From: Alphaproteobacteria bacterium
GTDB taxonomy: Bacteria > Pseudomonadota > Alphaproteobacteria > CAAHEQ01 > UBA3637
NCBI GenBank assembly: GCA_017960645.1
Contig: JAGCYU010000027.1
Coordinates: 42,692 to 106,691 of the forward strand
Length of the DNA stretch: 64,000 nucleotides
Reading direction: 5' to 3'
Below, piece after piece: positions 60,887 to 64,000 of the stretch (positions within the stretch are counted from its first letter, which is position 1; the number at the start of each line of letters is the position of its first letter). A program made the position numbers and the translations under genes. A model generated the notes under the pieces. The model searched no databases. It was not told the origin of the DNA and saw nothing but the letters and a program-made list of their open reading frames with translations.

Positions 60887-62004
60887 TCTAGCCCCCGACT
60901 AAATGTGCGTTCCTTTGTTAACGCTAAAATCAAACCAAAACACAAAGCGACAGAAATTAAACTGGACCCGCCATAGGAGATGAATGGCAACGTCATTCCT
61001 TTCGTTGGCAAAATTTTTAAAGTCGAGCCCATATTAATAATCGCCTGAACCGCTATCTGCGTTATCAATCCGCCCACTGCTAATTGAACAAAGTATCGAT
61101 TGCTACTATATACAAGCTTTGTTCCTTTCCAGACAATATAACAGAAAGTTAAAATGATCACAGAGGTAATTAAAAAACCAAATTCTTCCGCAGATACCGC
61201 CAAAATAAAATCCGTATGAGCATCTGGCAATTCATATTTAACAATTCCTTCTCCAGGCCCTTTTCCAAACCAGCCTGCGTTTTTTAACGTTTCCATAGAT
61301 TTTGCCACTTGATAAGTGTTATGCCCCTCTGGATTTAAAAAGGCGTCTATTCTAGCGCGAGCATGGCTAAAGCATAAATAAGCGGTCGGAACAGCAGCAA
61401 CACCCAAGCCCACTAAACCACCCACAAGCCACTTGGATATTCCCGACAAAAAAAGCTCTGCACCAAAAATGGCACTAACCGTCAGTGTCATCCCCAAATC
61501 AGGCTGTAAAAGTAATAGTCCAACAATAATAAGGTATGTCCCCCATGCCCATAATGTATTCTTAGAATGCTGAATCAGTCGTCCTCTTGCCAAGAACCAA
61601 GCACAAACAACTGCAAAGGCCGGTTTCACAAACTCAGATGGTTGAACACTCACTCCCGCCACAGAAATCCACCGAGCCGCCCCTTGAAATCGCGCGCCAA
61701 AAACCAATACACCGATCATACCAATAATAGATCCCAATAATACCAAAAAGGATAGATGTCGAGCTTGTTTTCCAGGTAATAGCGCGGTAAAAATAAGTGT
61801 ACAAAAAGCTACAGGCATAAATAGTAACTGTTTTTGAACAAAATAATCCCATGCATAATGACGCCGTTCAGCCACCGCCGGTCCCGCAGCCAATGTTAAA
61901 AAAATACCGCAAAACATCAACAAAAAAGCACTATACAAAATCCCACGATCCAAACTGCGAAATTGATTTTGAATATTTTGTTGAAAGGTGGTTATTCGCT
62001 TCAT
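60883..62004 (-). CDS. ftsW: Peptidoglycan glycosyltransferase FtsW (SEDS)
   Basis: 10-TM SEDS protein, 373 aa, between mraY and murG. Confidence 0.88.
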   Translation of the reverse strand: MKRITTFQQNIQNQFRSLDRGILYSAFLLMFCGIFLTLAAGPAVAERRHYAWDYFVQKQLLFMPVAFCTLIFTALLPGKQARHLSFLVLLGSIIGMIGVLVFGARFQGAARWISVAGVSVQPSEFVKPAFAVVCAWFLARGRLIQHSKNTLWAWGTYLIIVGLLLLQPDLGMTLTVSAIFGAELFLSGISKWLVGGLVGLGVAAVPTAYLCFSHARARIDAFLNPEGHNTYQVAKSMETLKNAGWFGKGPGEGIVKYELPDAHTDFILAVSAEEFGFLITSVIILTFCYIVWKGTKLVYSSNRYFVQLAVGGLITQIAVQAIINMGSTLKILPTKGMTLPFISYGGSSLISVALCFGLILALTKERTFSRGLE

Positions 62005-63071
62005 TCAAACACCACCATCATCAGTGCTACTATCGCCAATGTAATAGATATAATCCAAAACCGTGTCACAACACGCGTTTCCGGCCATCCCAATTTTTCA
62101 AAATGATGATGGATCGGCGCCATTAAAAATACCCGCTTTTTGCGCATTTTATAAGACCCTACTTGAATAATATCGGATAAAGCTTCCACCACAAAAATAG
62201 CACCAGCAATCGCCAACACAACTTCATGCTTTGTGGCAACAGCCATTGTGCCCAAGAAACCACCCAAAGCCAATGATCCTGTATCCCCCATAAAGACATC
62301 AGCGGGATGTGCATTAAACCACAGAAAGCCTAATAAACTCCCTATCACAGCAGCACAAACGGGCATCAATTCTTCAACGCTTGGAACCACAAGCATATTT
62401 AAAGCTGATGCCATTAAAGAATCCCCACACAATCCTGCTATTGCCATAAAAACAATTGTGCACATGATGACCGGCAAAGTAACCAGCCCATCCAAACCAT
62501 CCGTTAAGTTGACTGAATTCGTGCATCCAACAATAACAACCATTGCAAACGGAATGTAAAACAGTCCTAAATTTAAAATAACATTACCCCAAAATGGGAT
62601 TGACAGCGTTGTTCCTGTTCCGGAATCAATAAGATAAAGCATCAGTAAAATAGCAACCAAAGCTATACCAAATTCTATCAGTAATCTTTTTTTACCCGTG
62701 ATTCCCTTTGAGCTATGGCTTGTCAATTTCAAATAATCATCCATACCACCAATCAGTCCAAAACTTAAAAAGACCCCTAATAAAATCCAAACGTATAAAT
62801 TCCCTAAATTCGCCCAAAGTAATGTTGTACTGGTGACTGCCAATAAGATCATTATTCCGCCCATCGTTGGCGTCCCTTTTTTGACCATATGGGTCTCGGG
62901 TCCACATTCACGAATCGGTTGACCATCTTTTTGTTTTTTCTTTAACCAGCGTATAACCCTCGGCCCCAAACACAAAGTCATAATTAACGCCGTTATAAAG
63001 GCACAACAGGAACGAACCCCTAAACCATCTAATTTTATCCATCCAAGGTAACTTGCCAACCACTCTAACAT
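62001..63071 (-). CDS. mraY: Phospho-N-acetylmuramoyl-pentapeptide transferase
   Basis: MraY motifs (NLTDGLDGL, HHHFE). 4-nt overlap with ftsW. Confidence 0.93.
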   Translation of the reverse strand: MLEWLASYLGWIKLDGLGVRSCCAFITALIMTLCLGPRVIRWLKKKQKDGQPIRECGPETHMVKKGTPTMGGIMILLAVTSTTLLWANLGNLYVWILLGVFLSFGLIGGMDDYLKLTSHSSKGITGKKRLLIEFGIALVAILLMLYLIDSGTGTTLSIPFWGNVILNLGLFYIPFAMVVIVGCTNSVNLTDGLDGLVTLPVIMCTIVFMAIAGLCGDSLMASALNMLVVPSVEELMPVCAAVIGSLLGFLWFNAHPADVFMGDTGSLALGGFLGTMAVATKHEVVLAIAGAIFVVEALSDIIQVGSYKMRKKRVFLMAPIHHHFEKLGWPETRVVTRFWIISITLAIVALMMVVFE

Positions 63072-64000
63072 TTATTCTCCTTTTAATTGTTGTATAACTT
63101 TTTCCAATCCTATTGCATGCGATGCCTTAAACAGGACAACATCCCCAGCCTGTAATTCACGCCTCAGTACCGCAGAAAGCTCATCTAGACTCTCCACCCA
63201 CTTACCCTTTATATCCTCAGGCAAGGCATTAATCACATGTTGCATCAAAGGCCCCGTTGCATAAACGGACATAATCCCATTCTGTGCCAATATTGGCAAT
63301 AAGTCAAGATGCATTTTTAATGAATCAGTTCCCAACTCCAACATATCACCCAATACTGCTATCTTATGTCCTTCTCTCAAACCGAATGCAATGATTCCTG
63401 CCTTCATAGAATTAGGATTTGCATTATACGCATCGTCAATAATTTGTATGTTTTTACCATCTATAACAATTTGTTCCAAACTTCCACGACCAACCATAGG
63501 ATATAATGTCTGAAAACTTTCAATTGCCATATTAACGCTTGCTCCAGCCGCATCAATAGTCGCCAAACATGCTAATGTACATGAAATGAAATGAAATCCT
63601 ATAAAATTAATTGAGAATGATATATTGTCCTCATGCCATTTTAAGTTTATACGTGTTTTGTTTTTTTCAAGCATGGCATCTACTAGTTGAAAATCTGCCT
63701 TAGCATCAGCCCCGAATGTAATAATTTTTTTAATTTTTTGTACAACGCTTGCATCAGCTAAAAACTGATAAAAGGCATCATCCTTATTTAAAACAACCAC
63801 ACCATTTTTATCTTGAAAATCCATTATGTCGGCCTTAGCACATGCAATCTCTTGTTCATTAATAAAAAATTCTTGATGAGCTGGCGCGATATTTGTAATT
63901 AAACTAATATTCGGACGCACTAAATCTGACAACTCTGTCATTTCCCCCTTGTGACTCATACCCATTTCAATTACGGCATATTGGGTCAAAGCCGGCATAT
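63072..64000 (-). CDS. murF: UDP-N-acetylmuramoyl-tripeptide--D-alanyl-D-alanine ligase, C-terminal part (truncated by window end)
   Basis: Central and C-terminal Mur-ligase domains (DDAYNANP). The N-terminus lies beyond coordinate 64000. Confidence 0.88.
   Translation of the reverse strand, partial: MPALTQYAVIEMGMSHKGEMTELSDLVRPNISLITNIAPAHQEFFINEQEIACAKADIMDFQDKNGVVVLNKDDAFYQFLADASVVQKIKKIITFGADAKADFQLVDAMLEKNKTRINLKWHEDNISFSINFIGFHFISCTLACLATIDAAGASVNMAIESFQTLYPMVGRGSLEQIVIDGKNIQIIDDAYNANPNSMKAGIIAFGLREGHKIAVLGDMLELGTDSLKMHLDLLPILAQNGIMSVYATGPLMQHVINALPEDIKGKWVESLDELSAVLRRELQAGDVVLFKASHAIGLEKVIQQLKGE

Noticed and set aside
1-64000. Searched by eye for CRISPR arrays, IS/transposase or integrase genes, tRNA/rRNA genes and prophage modules.
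   Set aside because: No direct-repeat/spacer arrays, no transposase or integrase-like ORFs, and no tRNA cloverleaf candidates were found. The window is core chromosome with a few lineage-specific orphans.

Overview
This window looks like a low-GC alphaproteobacterial chromosome segment. The markers are CcrM, RpoH, a long-tailed FtsZ and an mtaB–ftsY pair. It is densely packed with housekeeping genes, mostly on the minus strand. From 5' to 3' they are: ftsY, mtaB; an acrA–acrB RND efflux operon with a VanX/DdpX-type D-Ala-D-Ala dipeptidase gene coupled to its 3' end; a LOG-family gene overlapping an NhaP2 antiporter gene; a Cys-rich outer-membrane protein; rsmB-like, rlmE, an OmpA lipoprotein, ccrM coupled to a 1253-aa AsmA-like gene; trkH, uvrA, an OMP beta-barrel, an SPFH protein, rnr, murI, rph, grpE, rppH, ctpA, an envC-like gene, gpmI; an EAL phosphodiesterase, a DUF2934/H1-like protein, radC, map, rpoH; a secreted C-type-lectin-like protein behind a structured leader; rlmH, cdd, cvpA, radA, mlaFE; an orphan protein, uppS, frr, tsf, a second orphan wedged between rpsB and tsf, and rpsB; a Cys-cluster orphan, recA, small secreted and Sel1-like proteins, an orphan solute-binding protein, accA; and a dcw cluster running ftsZ-ftsA-ftsQ / murB-murC-murG-ftsW-mraY-murF (the last truncated by the window end). 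I saw no CRISPR array, rRNA or tRNA gene, or mobile element. The most interesting points: (i) an acrAB–D,D-dipeptidase operon in a genome whose dcw cluster lacks ddl and murD at their usual positions; (ii) a secreted, eukaryote-like C-type-lectin-fold protein preceded by a riboswitch/attenuator-like structured leader; (iii) an unknown gene inserted into the rpsB–tsf operon, with pyrH absent from its usual site; and (iv) several lineage-specific orphans (a Cys-rich OMP, a DUF2934–histone-H1-like protein, a Cys-cluster protein beside recA). All calls rest on reading the supplied translations and the DNA by eye. No database search was run.
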